Assembly: GCA_965198065.1 (NCBI GenBank)
Contig: CBDAON010000004.1
Coordinates: 224,001 to 288,000 of the forward strand
Length of the DNA: 64,000 nt
Reading direction: 5' to 3'
Origin: Longimicrobiales bacterium
Lineage (GTDB): Bacteria; Gemmatimonadota; Gemmatimonadetes; Longimicrobiales; Gaopeijiaceae
Shown here: positions 31,141 to 41,466 of the stretch, piece by piece
Numbering within the stretch: the first letter of the stretch is position 1
Layout of the letters: every line of letters begins with the position of its first letter
Program-made: the position numbers and the translations under genes
Notes under the pieces: model-generated
The model's database searches: none
Told to the model about the DNA's origin: nothing
What the model saw: only the letters and a program-made list of their open reading frames with translations

Positions 31141-32402
31141 CCGCCGATCGCCCCCTCGCGCGGGACGCCGTCGTCCTCCTCCGGAGCCTCCACGGTGTCG
31201 AGCACCTGGACCCCCGGGAGCTCCTTTCCCGCCAGGAACTCGAGCGACGCGCCCCCTCCGGTGGAGATATGCGTCATTCGCCTCGCCACACCGGCTCTCT
31301 CGGCCGCGGCGGCCAAGTCGCCCCCCCCGACGACGACCACCGCTCCCCGGTCCGCCGCCTCCGCGAGCGCGCGAGCAACATCGAACGTGCCTTCGGAGAA
31401 CGGTCCGATCTCGAACTTCCCGAGCGGCCCGTTCCAGAACACGGTCGCGGCCTGGGCCACCTCGCTGCAGAAAATCTCCCGGGAACGGGGACCGATGTCA
31501 CCGATCTTCACACCCGGCGGGATCTCGGTCCGGTCCACGGGACGGGTCCGGGCCGCCATAGTCAGGTCCTCGGCTACGACGCTGTCCACGGGAAGGACGA
31601 GCTTGTCCCCCGCCTCTTCCAGGAGCTCGCGCGCCAGCTCGACCCGATCGTCCCCCTCAAACGGGTCCCCGGTGTCCACGCCGAGCGCGCGGAGGAACGT
31701 GTTCGCCACGATACCGCCGACGAGCAGGCGATCGACTCGGGAAAGGATCGCCCGGATGAGGTCTATTTTCCCCGAAATCTTGGCTCCCCCCATGATCGCC
31801 ACGAAGGGTCGGCTCGGGCTCCGGAGCGCGTCGTCGAGGACGTGAAGCTCCCGAGCCATGAGAGCGCCCGCCACGACGGGCCCGCCCCGCTCGCGAATCA
31901 GGCGCGGCGCCCCCACCGTCGATGCGTGGGTCCGATGGGCTGCGCCGAACGCGTCATTGACGAAGACGTCCGCGAGGTCCGCGAGCGACCTTGAGAGATC
32001 CGGATCGTTTCGGGTCTCCCCCGGGTGGAACCGGATGTTTTCAAGAAGCGCGACGCCCCCCGGGTCGAGCGACTCCACAGCCCTCCCGATCCCGGGATCG
32101 TCGGGCGGATCCTCGAGGAAGGGCACGGAACACCCCAGCCTCTTCTCCAACAGCCCGGCGGCCGGGCGGAGCGAGGCCGCGGGATCCCGCTTCCCACCGG
32201 GTCGGCCCAGGTGAGACACCAGAAGCGTACGGGCGCCCGCTCGACGCAGGCGCTCGAGGGACGGGATTGTGGCGTCGATCCTCGTCAGATCCGAGACCGC
32301 GCCACTCCCGTCCAGCGGAACGTTGTAATCCACCCGGAGAAGAAGACGGCGCGCCCGGAGCTCGGGGTCGGTCAGGTCCGATAACGTACGGATCCGGGGC
32401 AC
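31137..32402 (-). CDS. pgk: Phosphoglycerate kinase
   Basis: RVDYNVP, SHLGRP, NDAFGAAHR, GGAKISGK, HISTGGGASLE. Confidence 0.97.
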   Translation of the reverse strand: MPRIRTLSDLTDPELRARRLLLRVDYNVPLDGSGAVSDLTRIDATIPSLERLRRAGARTLLVSHLGRPGGKRDPAASLRPAAGLLEKRLGCSVPFLEDPPDDPGIGRAVESLDPGGVALLENIRFHPGETRNDPDLSRSLADLADVFVNDAFGAAHRTHASTVGAPRLIRERGGPVVAGALMARELHVLDDALRSPSRPFVAIMGGAKISGKIDLIRAILSRVDRLLVGGIVANTFLRALGVDTGDPFEGDDRVELARELLEEAGDKLVLPVDSVVAEDLTMAARTRPVDRTEIPPGVKIGDIGPRSREIFCSEVAQAATVFWNGPLGKFEIGPFSEGTFDVARALAEAADRGAVVVVGGGDLAAAAERAGVARRMTHISTGGGASLEFLAGKELPGVQVLDTVEAPEEDDGVPREGAIGG

Positions 32403-32409
32403 CGGGAGG

Positions 32410-33438
32410 TCACCCTCGCGCCACCGAGGGCAACCGTTGACCGACATACCGAACGAGGTCGCGGACGCGACACGAGTACCCCCACTCGTTGTCGTACCAC
32501 GCCAGTACTTTCACGAGCCGGTCCTCGACCGCCGCCGTCGAGAGGAGGTCCACGACGGCGGACGAGTCGGTTCCCGTGAAGTCCACGGATACGAGGGGCT
32601 CGGTGGTGACCGAGAGGATCCCATCGAGGGCACCGGCCGCCGCCGCCGTGTACGCCGCGTTCACCTCCTCGACGGAGGCCGGTCGCTCCAGCTCGGCGGT
32701 GAGGTCCACCAGCGAAACGTTAGGTATGGGCACCCGAATCGACATGCCCTCCAGCTTTCCCTCCAGCTCCGGGAGGACGAGCGCGGTCGCGCGCGCTGCT
32801 CCGGTGGTCGTCGGGATCATGGCCAGGCCGGCCGCTCTCGCGCGACGGAGATCCTTGTGCGGAGCGTCGAGGACCGTCTGGTCGTTCGTGTACGCGTGAA
32901 TGGTGGTCATGAGGCCGCGTGCGAGGCCGAACGCGTCCAGGAGAACCTTGGCGACCGGCGCGATGCAGTTCGTGGTGCACGAAGCGTTCGAGATTACGTG
33001 GTGCTCCGCGGGGTCATAGCTGTCCTCGTTGACCCCGAGGACGACCGTGATGTCCTCTCCCTTCGCGGGGGCCGAGATGATCACCTTTTGGGCCCCGGCC
33101 GCGAGGTGCTTCGATGCGTCCTCCCGCTTCGTGAACCTCCCGGTGGCTTCGACCACGACGTCCACGCCCAAGTCCCCCCACGGAAGAGCCGCGGGATCCC
33201 TCTCCGACAGGACCCGGATCTCTTCTCCGTCTACGCGGAGCCCGCCCTCCACGGCGTCCACGGCGCCAGGGAAGGTACGATGCACCGAGTCGTACTTGAG
33301 GAGGTGCGCGAGCGTCTTCGAGTCCGTCACGTCGTTGACGGCCACGAACTCGACATCCCGGAAGCCTCCCTGCTTCGCGGACCTGAGCACCAGCCTGCCG
33401 ATCCGCCCAAACCCGTTTATGGCAACTCGAGTCGCCAC
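32410..33438 (-). CDS. gap: Glyceraldehyde-3-phosphate dehydrogenase (type I)
   Basis: VAINGFGRIGR, SNASCTTNC, AWYDNEWGYS; GTG start with GGAG RBS. Confidence 0.97.
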   Translation of the reverse strand: MATRVAINGFGRIGRLVLRSAKQGGFRDVEFVAVNDVTDSKTLAHLLKYDSVHRTFPGAVDAVEGGLRVDGEEIRVLSERDPAALPWGDLGVDVVVEATGRFTKREDASKHLAAGAQKVIISAPAKGEDITVVLGVNEDSYDPAEHHVISNASCTTNCIAPVAKVLLDAFGLARGLMTTIHAYTNDQTVLDAPHKDLRRARAAGLAMIPTTTGAARATALVLPELEGKLEGMSIRVPIPNVSLVDLTAELERPASVEEVNAAYTAAAAGALDGILSVTTEPLVSVDFTGTDSSAVVDLLSTAAVEDRLVKVLAWYDNEWGYSCRVRDLVRYVGQRLPSVARG

Positions 33439-33479
33439 TGCCCGGTCTCCTCTGTCCTCGTGGATGTCGTTCGAGCCGG

Positions 33480-34254
33480 CTACGCCGGGAGCGCCCGTGC
33501 AAACGTGAGGACGACCACACTCCGCGCACCCCCGCTTCCGAGCGCCTCCGCGGCGGACCCCGCGGTCGCACCCGTCGTGAGCACGTCGTCCACCAGGAGC
33601 ACGTCCCTGTCCCGGATCGCCTGCGAAACCTCGCGTCGGGAAGAGAGAGAACGCCCCGAGGACGTTAGCCCGGCGCTCTCCCGGGTGCAAGGCAATTTGG
33701 CTCCCCCCTCCCTCGCGCCGCACGAGGGCATCGACGAGGGTCCCGTCGATGCCCCGGCGGACGGCCTCGGCCAGCACCCGCGCCTGGTTGTAGCCGCGGG
33801 CCCGAACGCGCGCCCGAGCGGTGGGGACCGGTACGATCGCTCGCCCCCTGAACAGGCGCGGCTCCGCGTGGACGAGCCGTACCATCCAGGTCGCGAGCTC
33901 ATCCGCCAGCTCCGGCCATCCCCCGTACTTGAGCGCGTGCACCAGCGCGTCCGCCGGACTCCGCATCAGAGACGCCGACCGGGCTGCAACCAAGACGTCG
34001 GGCCACTCCAGGCACTCAGAACAGGGCCGGCCCTCTGCGATCCCGGTTCCGATGGGTGCGTGGCACCGCGCACACCTCGGGTGAGACGGGGGGCGGAGCC
34101 GGGACCGGCACTCCGGACAAATGCGGGGCGCCGGGGCGGGCGGCCCGACCGACGGCAGGTAGCCCCCGCACCCCGCGCACGCGGACGGAAGAACGAAGTC
34201 GAAGAGTCGTCTTCCCCAGGCGAGCCCGAGCCTCCCGTCAGTCCTCCCGGACAT
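33480..34254 (-). CDS. comF: ComF-family PRTase-like protein, frameshifted at a (TC)n tract ~33641-33651
   Basis: Double zinc ribbon CxxC pairs, LKYGG, RGYNQA in one frame; LLVDDVLTTGAT in the 33480 frame. Confidence 0.85.
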
Positions 34255-35092
34255 CGGAGAGCTCACGCCGCGCCTCGGCCAGGGCCTCGCGCATCGCCGA
34301 CACGGGTGCCGGGCACCCCCACCAGATCTCGAACGCCTCCGCTCCCTGGAGGACCAGCATCTCTCCACCGTCCGCCGCGGGAACGCCGAGCTCCCGGGCC
34401 CGCCTCACCAGCGCGGTTTCCTCGGGACGGTAGACCAGGTCCAGCACGGCTCCCGCTCGCTCGAATCGTTCGGCGTCCAGGGGGAGGGGATCGCCGTCCC
34501 CTAGCCCGAGCGAGGTCGCGTTCACCACGAGATCGAACGAGCGGTCACCGAAGTCGTCGGGAGAGCGGGCAGCCCGGGCCCTTCCCGCCTGGGCCCCAGC
34601 GGCCAGGTGCTCCGCACGGCCGTAGGTCCGGTTCCACACCACGACTTCACCGACGTCGTCCTGAGCGAGCGCCACGAGCGCACCGTGCGCCGCGCCGCCC
34701 GCGCCCAGGAGGAGCACACGTAGCCCCGCGGCGCTTCGCCCCGTCAGGGACCGGACCGCGCCTCGAAATCCGGCCACATCCGTATTCTCTCCCCGAACCC
34801 GTCCCTCGTCGAGCCAGAACGTGTTGCAGGCGCCCGTGGCGCGGACCGTCTCGCTCGGCTCGTCGACGAGCTTCGCCACCTCCTCCTTGTGCGGGACGGT
34901 CACGTTCCCTCCGCCGCCGGCCCGCGCGATCCCGACGAGAAGACCGGTCAGCTCAGCAGTGGAGCATCGAAGGGCCACGTAAACCCCGTCCACGCCCGCC
35001 TCCCGAATGGCTGCGTTTTGGATCCGCGGGGACAGGGAGTGTGAGACCGGATCCCCCAAGAGCGCGACGACCCGGCTCTCGGCCCCGATCAT
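34238..35092 (-). CDS. aroE: Shikimate dehydrogenase
   Basis: GDPVSHSLSP, NVTVPHK, NTDVAGF, GAGGAA, MLVLQG. Confidence 0.95.
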   Translation of the reverse strand: MIGAESRVVALLGDPVSHSLSPRIQNAAIREAGVDGVYVALRCSTAELTGLLVGIARAGGGGNVTVPHKEEVAKLVDEPSETVRATGACNTFWLDEGRVRGENTDVAGFRGAVRSLTGRSAAGLRVLLLGAGGAAHGALVALAQDDVGEVVVWNRTYGRAEHLAAGAQAGRARAARSPDDFGDRSFDLVVNATSLGLGDGDPLPLDAERFERAGAVLDLVYRPEETALVRRARELGVPAADGGEMLVLQGAEAFEIWWGCPAPVSAMREALAEARRELSDVRED

Positions 35093-35589
35093 GGCGCCAC
35101 CAGCGGCGCCAGTCGCACCAGGACGCGGTCCACGAGGTCGGTGAGCTGCCGGTACGTACCCTCGTACTCCTCGTCGCCCCCTCCCAATGGGTCGGGCACC
35201 CCACCCCACACAGACTCGTCTCGCCCTTCCGACCCCCGTACGAAGTCCGTGATTACGGAGGCCTTGCTCGCGCCCTCGGCCACCTGGACGGAGGAGAGCT
35301 GGCCCGGGGACATCGTGAGGATCAGGTCGGCCCACTCGACGAGCGGGAGGCTCAACCGCGCGCTCCGGTGACCCGAGAGATCGAGCCCGTGCCGCTCCGC
35401 GACACGGAGAGACCCCGGACTCGCGGGAGCGTCGTCCGCGGCCGCGACTCCCGCTGAGCTGACCTCTACGTGGTCCCACCCGATCCGTTCGACGGCCCGT
35501 CGGGTGAGCACCTCCGCCAGGGGGCTCCGGCACGTGTTGCCCGTGCAAACGAACAGGATCTTGAAGGGTTCGCCGCTCTTGCTGGTCAT
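35089..35589 (-). CDS. Low-molecular-weight protein Tyr/Arg phosphatase
   Basis: FVCTGNTCRSPLAE, VPDPLGG. Confidence 0.92.
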   Translation of the reverse strand: MTSKSGEPFKILFVCTGNTCRSPLAEVLTRRAVERIGWDHVEVSSAGVAAADDAPASPGSLRVAERHGLDLSGHRSARLSLPLVEWADLILTMSPGQLSSVQVAEGASKASVITDFVRGSEGRDESVWGGVPDPLGGGDEEYEGTYRQLTDLVDRVLVRLAPLVAP

Positions 35590-36269
35590 TCCGCCTCGAT
35601 CCTGGGCACGAGCGCGCGGATACGCTCGAGCGGGACCGCTCCCTCGCGAAGCACGCGGCACCCGTTCCCGGCGCAGTCGATCAAGGTGGACGGACGGGAC
35701 GGCTCGAGCCGTCCCGCATCCACGATCCAGAGCCGGTCCGCATGGGGCCGGGCGGAGAGCCGCTCTGCGAGCCCGATAGCCGTAACCGCGGGAGACTCGC
35801 CCGGAGGGTTCGCGCTCGTCGAGAGGAGGGGGCGCTTCCAGCGTCCGAGCAGGGCACGGACGAAGGGGTGGGAGCACACCCGAACGGCCACCCCGCCGGC
35901 CGGTCCCCGAACTCCCTCCGGAAACCTTCCCGCCGGGTCTGAAACTACCAGGGTGAGCGGGCCCGGCCAAAGGGCCCTGGCGAGCGGGAGCGCGTCGGCC
36001 GACAGCTCGAGCCCCCATGACCGGAGCTCCTCGTCCCAAGCCCCCTGGTCGCCCGTAAGCTCGGGCAGGAGTACGAGGAAGGGCTTTCCGGGAGGCCTCA
36101 CCTTGAACTCCGAGAGCCTCCCCACCCCCTCCTCGTCCACGGCGGCCCCGAGCCCATAGACAGTATCAGTCGGACAGGCCAGGAGGCCCCCGTCCTCCAG
36201 GTGGTCGACGATCCGCGGCAGGAGGCGGTCGGCACCCGCCGTCGCGTCGAGAGTCGTCGGACCCGTCAT
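35586..36269 (-). CDS. tsaC: L-threonylcarbamoyladenylate synthase (Sua5/YrdC)
   Basis: PTDTVYGL, WPGPLTLV, STSAN, PSTLID, LREGA. Confidence 0.9.
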   Translation of the reverse strand: MTGPTTLDATAGADRLLPRIVDHLEDGGLLACPTDTVYGLGAAVDEEGVGRLSEFKVRPPGKPFLVLLPELTGDQGAWDEELRSWGLELSADALPLARALWPGPLTLVVSDPAGRFPEGVRGPAGGVAVRVCSHPFVRALLGRWKRPLLSTSANPPGESPAVTAIGLAERLSARPHADRLWIVDAGRLEPSRPSTLIDCAGNGCRVLREGAVPLERIRALVPRIEAE

Positions 36270-37003
36270 GGGCCCGCGGACGTTCCCCGATGCTCTTCGA
36301 GAAGGAATTCCGCGATTCCCACGTCGTCCGGGTAAGTGATCTTCAGGTTCCTGGGCGACCCCTCTACCATCCGCACGCGGCCGCCGAACCGAACGAAAAT
36401 CTGCGCGTCGTCGGTGGCGGGGAGGCCTTCGGCCGCGGCACGCCGATAGGCCGTCAGGAAAGGGCCCCGGGGGAACGCTTGCGGCGTCTGCGCGCTCCAG
36501 AGACGCGCGCGGTCCGGGGTCGCGAGCACGCTCCCCCTCGAGTCGGTTTCCTTCAGCGTATCCACGACGGGCCAGCCGGCGACGGCGCCTTCCCCGTCCG
36601 ACACACCCGCGACGCACCGATCGATGACCTCGCGCGTCACCAGGGGACGGGCGGCGTCGTGCACCACGACGACGTCCACCTCGGGATCGAGCGCCTCGAG
36701 GGCCGCCAGGACCGAGCGAATCCGGGTCTTCGCACCGGGCACGACCTGGACCCGCGAGCCGAGCGCGACGAGCCAGCCGGGGGGCGGAAACGCGATCCTG
36801 GGCGCGAGGGCGACCACGATCGAGAACACCCGCGGGTGCTCCATGAACGGACGGAGCGCATGGAGGAGAACGGGCTCCCCCCGAAGCTCCACCAGCGCCT
36901 TGTCCCTTCCCCCGAGACGCTTACCGCCTCCCGCGGCCGGGATCGCCACGCCGACGCGCGGGCCGGGGGACGCCTGCCCACCTTCCCTAGAACGCTCACT
37001 CAA
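36266..37003 (-). CDS. ispD: 2-C-methyl-D-erythritol 4-phosphate cytidylyltransferase
   Basis: AAGGGKRLG, VHDAARP, AQTPQAF, TDDA, NLKITYPDD. Confidence 0.95.
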   Translation of the reverse strand: MSERSREGGQASPGPRVGVAIPAAGGGKRLGGRDKALVELRGEPVLLHALRPFMEHPRVFSIVVALAPRIAFPPPGWLVALGSRVQVVPGAKTRIRSVLAALEALDPEVDVVVVHDAARPLVTREVIDRCVAGVSDGEGAVAGWPVVDTLKETDSRGSVLATPDRARLWSAQTPQAFPRGPFLTAYRRAAAEGLPATDDAQIFVRFGGRVRMVEGSPRNLKITYPDDVGIAEFLLEEHRGTSAGP

Positions 37004-38439
37004 AAGGGCATGTCCTCGGTCCCGCTCTCCCGGCCCGCTTGGGGAGCCTCCCGGGGCTCGGGCGCCACCTCGTCGAAGCGCGTGTACGTCTTGTGGAAGT
37101 AGAGGTCGATCAGGCCCGTGGGCCCGTTCCTCTGCTTGCTCACGTGCAGCTCGGTCCTCCCCTCGAGAGAGTTTCCCTCCTCATCCAGGCCCGTTGAACT
37201 GTAGTACTCGGGCCGGTACAGGAACATGACGAGATCGGCATCCTGTTCGATCGATCCCGAGTCGCGGAGATCCGAGAGCTGGGGGCGATGGTCCGTCCTC
37301 TGCTCGGGGCCACGCGATAGCTGGGAGAGCGCGATCACCGGGATCTCGAGCTCGCGGGCGAGGGATTTGAGCCCGCGCGAGATCTGGCTCACCTCCTGCT
37401 GACGGCTTTCCGCCCGGTCGGTGGACGGCATGAGCTGCAGGTAGTCGATCACGAGGAGCCGAAGACCCGCTTCCGCCTTGAGCCGCCTCGCCTTCGCGCG
37501 CATCTCGAGCACCGTCGCTCCGGGAGAGTCGTCGATCCAGATGGGAGCCGTGTTGAGCTTCGCGCCCGCCGTGCCAACCCTCTGATAGTCCGAGGAAGAG
37601 AGTGTTCCGGTGCGAAGCCTGTGCGCATCCACGCGCGCCTCGGAGCAGAGCAGCCGTTGCACCAGCTGCTCCTTCGACATCTCGAGCGAGAAGAGCGCCA
37701 CCGGAACCTTGTGGTCGATCGCGGCGTTTTGCGCCACATTCAGCACCCACGACGTCTTCCCCATGGCGGGGCGCCCCGCCACGATGATCAGGTCCCCCTT
37801 CTGGAAGCCCGTCGTCATGCGATCGAGCGTTCGGAAGCCGGACGCCACCCCGATGAGGCCGCCCTTCGACTGCTGGAGCCGCTCGATCGTCTCGAAAGCC
37901 TCCCAGAGCAGATCCTTGATCCAGACGAAGCCGCCCCGATCGTGGCTTTCGGCGACTTGAAAGATCCGCCGTTCCGCTTCGTCCACGAGCTCCTCGATCG
38001 AGCGGCCGCCGGGCTCGTACACGTCCTGGATGATGTGGGTCGAGGCCTCGATCAGGCGGCGGAGCAGGGCCTTCTCGCGTACGATGCGGGCGTGATACTG
38101 AATGTTGGCGGCCGTGGGGACGGCGTCGAGGAGCTCGGCTAGGTACTCCATCCCGCCCGCCCGTTCGAGCTCTCCCGTGTCTCGAAGGTGGTCGCCAACC
38201 GTAACCACATCCACCGCCGTGCGGCGCTCGTGAAGCTGGCGAATCGCGCGGAAGAGGATCCGGTGCGCCTCCCGGAAGAACATCGAGTCGGAAAGCGTGT
38301 CCTCCACTCGCACGACGGACTGCGAGTCGATGAGAAGGCCGCCAAGCACCGAGACCTCGGCCTCGAGCGAGTAGGGCGCCTCCCGATCTGTGCGGAGCTC
38401 GGTCCGCACCGGGTCGGCCTCGCGAACGCGGCGGCTCAC
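37000..38439 (-). CDS. dnaB: Replicative DNA helicase
   Basis: GRPAMGKT, IDYLQL, LSQLSR, SDLRDSGSIEQDAD, KQRNGPTG; no intein. Confidence 0.97.
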   Translation of the reverse strand: MSRRVREADPVRTELRTDREAPYSLEAEVSVLGGLLIDSQSVVRVEDTLSDSMFFREAHRILFRAIRQLHERRTAVDVVTVGDHLRDTGELERAGGMEYLAELLDAVPTAANIQYHARIVREKALLRRLIEASTHIIQDVYEPGGRSIEELVDEAERRIFQVAESHDRGGFVWIKDLLWEAFETIERLQQSKGGLIGVASGFRTLDRMTTGFQKGDLIIVAGRPAMGKTSWVLNVAQNAAIDHKVPVALFSLEMSKEQLVQRLLCSEARVDAHRLRTGTLSSSDYQRVGTAGAKLNTAPIWIDDSPGATVLEMRAKARRLKAEAGLRLLVIDYLQLMPSTDRAESRQQEVSQISRGLKSLARELEIPVIALSQLSRGPEQRTDHRPQLSDLRDSGSIEQDADLVMFLYRPEYYSSTGLDEEGNSLEGRTELHVSKQRNGPTGLIDLYFHKTYTRFDEVAPEPREAPQAGRESGTEDMPF

Positions 38440-39236
38440 CGCCGACCTCCCGTGTCAAGCACCCGACGGAGGACCTGCAGGTCCTCCCACATCGAGCGGG
38501 TCCAGCCGGGGTTTCTGAGCAACGCAGCCGGGTGGTACGTCACCACGAGTGGCGTGCCCTCATAGCTGTGGACCGTACGCCGGAGCTCGCCGATCGGTCG
38601 ATCCGAGCCGGACAGGAACTGCGCCGCGAAGGTGCCCACCGCCAGGATGACTTCGGGCCGCACGAGCTCGATCTGGCGACGGAGGTAGGGCGAACACGCC
38701 GCGATTTCGTCCGCCCGCGGGTTGCGATTCCCCGGCGGGCGACACTTGATCACGTTGCAGATGTAGACCGACGTGCGCCGGGACAGGTCGACCGAGGCGA
38801 GGAGGAGGTCGAGGAGCTGCCCCGCGGCGCCCACGAACGGGAGCCCCGTCCGGTCCTCGTTCGCGCCCGGGGCCTCCCCGACCACCATGACGCTCCCCTC
38901 GGGGGTTCCGTCGGAGAACACGACCTGCGTTCGACCTTCGGCCAGCCGGCAGCGCGAACACGCCAACGCCGTCGCGCGAAGCGCGTCGTACTCCGCCCCG
39001 GCGTCCTCCACCGGAGGGCGAGACTCGCGCGGCCCGACTGGTCGCTCGCTCGGGCCCTCCTCCGCCGAGGCCGTCTTCGCCGGATCCACCGTACCGCTCG
39101 GCCGGGCCGCCGCGGCGCCGAGGGCCCCCTTCCTAGACCAGTTCTCGAACACCAGCTCGGGAGCCCCGAGCTCCGCACGCTGGACGAGAAATCGGGCCAC
39201 TGCCCCCGGATCCGGCCTTCCCGTTCCCTCGCTCAA
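38436..39236 (-). CDS. Uracil-DNA glycosylase family 4
   Basis: CSRCRL, VGEAPG, PFVGAAG, KCRPPGNR, TYHPAALLR. Confidence 0.93.
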   Translation of the reverse strand: MSEGTGRPDPGAVARFLVQRAELGAPELVFENWSRKGALGAAAARPSGTVDPAKTASAEEGPSERPVGPRESRPPVEDAGAEYDALRATALACSRCRLAEGRTQVVFSDGTPEGSVMVVGEAPGANEDRTGLPFVGAAGQLLDLLLASVDLSRRTSVYICNVIKCRPPGNRNPRADEIAACSPYLRRQIELVRPEVILAVGTFAAQFLSGSDRPIGELRRTVHSYEGTPLVVTYHPAALLRNPGWTRSMWEDLQVLRRVLDTGGRR

Positions 39237-40474
39237 CGGGCGTGCAGCCGCTCGGCCACGCGGTCCAGGAGGATGCCCGCGAGGTCTCCCTTGGAGAGGA
39301 GCGGCAGCTCTTCCGTACCACCCTCGCGATCCAGGAGCGTCACGCGGTTTGTCGCCACGTCGAACCCCGCCCCCGGTTCTCCCGGGTCGTTCGCCACGAT
39401 GAGGTCGAACCCCTTCTCCTCCAGCTTCCGTTTCGCTCGCGCGCGGAGCTCCTCCGTCTCGAGCGCGAAGCCGACGGTCACGACCCCGTTCAGACGAGCT
39501 GCGCGCGTCTCGAGGCTGATGTCGGGATTGCTCACGAGCTCGATCGTGAGGCGGCCCTCCGGGCTTCGCTTCAACTTGTGCGCGCTGGGCTCGAGCGGCC
39601 GGAAGTCGGAGATGGCGGCGCCGTATATCACCACATATGCGTTGTGGATAGCCCCAGTTACTTCAGAGAGCATCTCACTCGCGGTCTCTACTCGCACGGT
39701 GCGTACCCCGGTCGGATCGGGGAGCGCGGAAGGGCCGGTGACCAGGGTCACTTCGGCCCCTCGGAGCCAGGCCTCCCGGGCGAGGGCGAAGCCCATGCGG
39801 CCCGACGAGCGGTTCCCCAGATAGCGTACCGGATCCAGCGCCTCCCGCGTGGGCCCCGCGGTAACGAGCACGGATCTGCCGAGGAAGGCCGGTCCCTCCG
39901 CGAGGGCCCGGCCCGCGTGGTCGAGGAGCGCGCCGGGCTCGAGCATGCGGCCCGGACCCTCACCTTCGCCCGCCGCCAGGGGGCCGACCGCGGGACCCAC
40001 GAGCCGGTAGCCGAGAGCGTCCCGGCAGCGCGCCAGATTGGCCTGCGTCTGCGGATGGGCATACATGCGGTCGTTCATCGCCGGGGCCAGAACGACGGGG
40101 GCCCTCGTGGCAAGGAGGATCGCGGCCAAGAGGTCGTCGGCCCGACCCTGAGCGGCCCTGGCGATGAAATCCGCGGTCGCGGGCGCAACCATGACCAGAT
40201 CGGCCTCGTCGGCCAGATCGATGTGGGGAGCCAGGCCGTCGGCCGTGAGCAGACGGGTATAGACCCGCTCTCCCGTCACGCCGGCGAAGCTGAGGGGGCC
40301 GACGAACCGCCGCGCCGATCGCGAGAGCACGGCGCTCACGCGGGCACCCGAGCGCGTCAGATCACGCGCCAGCTGAACCGCCTTGTATGCGGCGATTCCG
40401 CCGGTCACTCCGAGCACGATCCGCCGGCCCGCCCAGGGAGCGCGGGGAACAAGAGGGCCCGCCGTCAGGGGCAT
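39233..40474 (-). CDS. coaBC: Phosphopantothenoylcysteine decarboxylase/ligase
   Basis: GVTGGIAAYK, APAMNDRM, TAGPTREALDPVRYLGNRSSGRMG, GFALET. Confidence 0.96.
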   Translation of the reverse strand: MPLTAGPLVPRAPWAGRRIVLGVTGGIAAYKAVQLARDLTRSGARVSAVLSRSARRFVGPLSFAGVTGERVYTRLLTADGLAPHIDLADEADLVMVAPATADFIARAAQGRADDLLAAILLATRAPVVLAPAMNDRMYAHPQTQANLARCRDALGYRLVGPAVGPLAAGEGEGPGRMLEPGALLDHAGRALAEGPAFLGRSVLVTAGPTREALDPVRYLGNRSSGRMGFALAREAWLRGAEVTLVTGPSALPDPTGVRTVRVETASEMLSEVTGAIHNAYVVIYGAAISDFRPLEPSAHKLKRSPEGRLTIELVSNPDISLETRAARLNGVVTVGFALETEELRARAKRKLEEKGFDLIVANDPGEPGAGFDVATNRVTLLDREGGTEELPLLSKGDLAGILLDRVAERLHAR

Positions 40475-40544
40475 GGGGGAGCTCCGCACTAGCGTCCCGT
40501 ACGAGAGATTTGGTGAACACCGAGGGCGGCGCTGGCGCGCGCCG

Positions 40545-40763
40545 CTACGTCTGTTCGACCCGGCGGCGCTCGACGAGGCGGAACTCGATCTGGCCCGAGG
40601 TGAGCGCTCCGAGGGCACGCGTCGTGAGCTTCTCCTCCTGGCCGAGCGGCTTCAGGTCCCTCGGCAGTGAATTCAGCTCTCGTGCGTATTTCGCAGCCAC
40701 GAGAACCCCCAGGTACTTGGTCCCGGTCTGCTGCGCCATTTGATCCGGCGTGAAAACGTACAT
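40545..40763 (-). CDS. rpoZ: RNA polymerase omega subunit
   Basis: KYLGVLVAAKYAREL; position between gmk and coaBC. Confidence 0.88.
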   Translation of the reverse strand: MYVFTPDQMAQQTGTKYLGVLVAAKYARELNSLPRDLKPLGQEEKLTTRALGALTSGQIEFRLVERRRVEQT

Positions 40764-40806
40764 TCTCGCTCCCGATGTCCGGTTCCTCTGATTTGGCGCG
40801 AGTGCT

Positions 40807-41466
40807 TCAGTCGGTCTCCAACTCTAGCACTCGGTCGATCTCGCTACGAATTCGCGCTATCTCGCCCTCGAGATCGAGGGCTCGCTTTCTTCGATGCCCC
40901 TCCGTCTCCACCACGGCTCTCACACGGGCCACCGCGCTCTCCAGGTCCTCGTTCACGACGACGTAGTCGAAGTGCCGCGCGTCGTCCAACTCCCGACGGG
41001 CCGTGAGGAGGCGCCGGCGGACCTGTTCCGTGGGCTCCGTGCCCCTCGCGGAGAGCCGGTCCCGGAGGGCCTCCGCGGAGGGCGGTAGGATAAAGATAAG
41101 CACGGCCTCGGGAACTCGCTCACGGATCTGTCGGGCGCCCTGCACGTCGATGTCCATGATCGGATGCTTCCCGAGATCGCGTGCCAGCTCCAGGCTCTTC
41201 GCTGGCGTGCCGTACAGGCTGCCATGTACCTCGGCCCACTCCACGAGATCGCCCGACTGGATCATCTGCCGGAACTCTTCCTCGGACACGAAGCGGTACG
41301 ACTCGCCGTCTCGTTCCCCCGCTCGGGGTGCACGAGTTGTCGCGGAGACCGAGAACAGGAAGTCCTTCGAGCCCTTCACCAGGGCCCGGGCAATCGTGGT
41401 CTTCCCGGCACCGCTCGGCGCCGCGAGCACTACCGGGACCGGCCGGTACGGGAGTACGGTGCTCAC
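40807..41466 (-). CDS. gmk: Guanylate kinase
   Basis: APSGAGKTT, SVSATTRAPR.GE.DG..Y.F, YGT, DIDVQGA. Confidence 0.96.
   Translation of the reverse strand: MSTVLPYRPVPVVLAAPSGAGKTTIARALVKGSKDFLFSVSATTRAPRAGERDGESYRFVSEEEFRQMIQSGDLVEWAEVHGSLYGTPAKSLELARDLGKHPIMDIDVQGARQIRERVPEAVLIFILPPSAEALRDRLSARGTEPTEQVRRRLLTARRELDDARHFDYVVVNEDLESAVARVRAVVETEGHRRKRALDLEGEIARIRSEIDRVLELETD

Noticed and set aside
32410..34368. 652-aa ComF-GAPDH fusion as a genuine protein
   Set aside because: It results from the comF frameshift; gap has its own RBS and GTG start, and the ComF C-terminus is in another frame
32437..35457. 1006-aa plus-strand ORF and similar long shadow ORFs (60639-62849; N-terminal part of 42471-45524)
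   Set aside because: Antisense or off-frame to well-supported genes, Arg/Pro/Gly-rich with no motifs; expected at high GC
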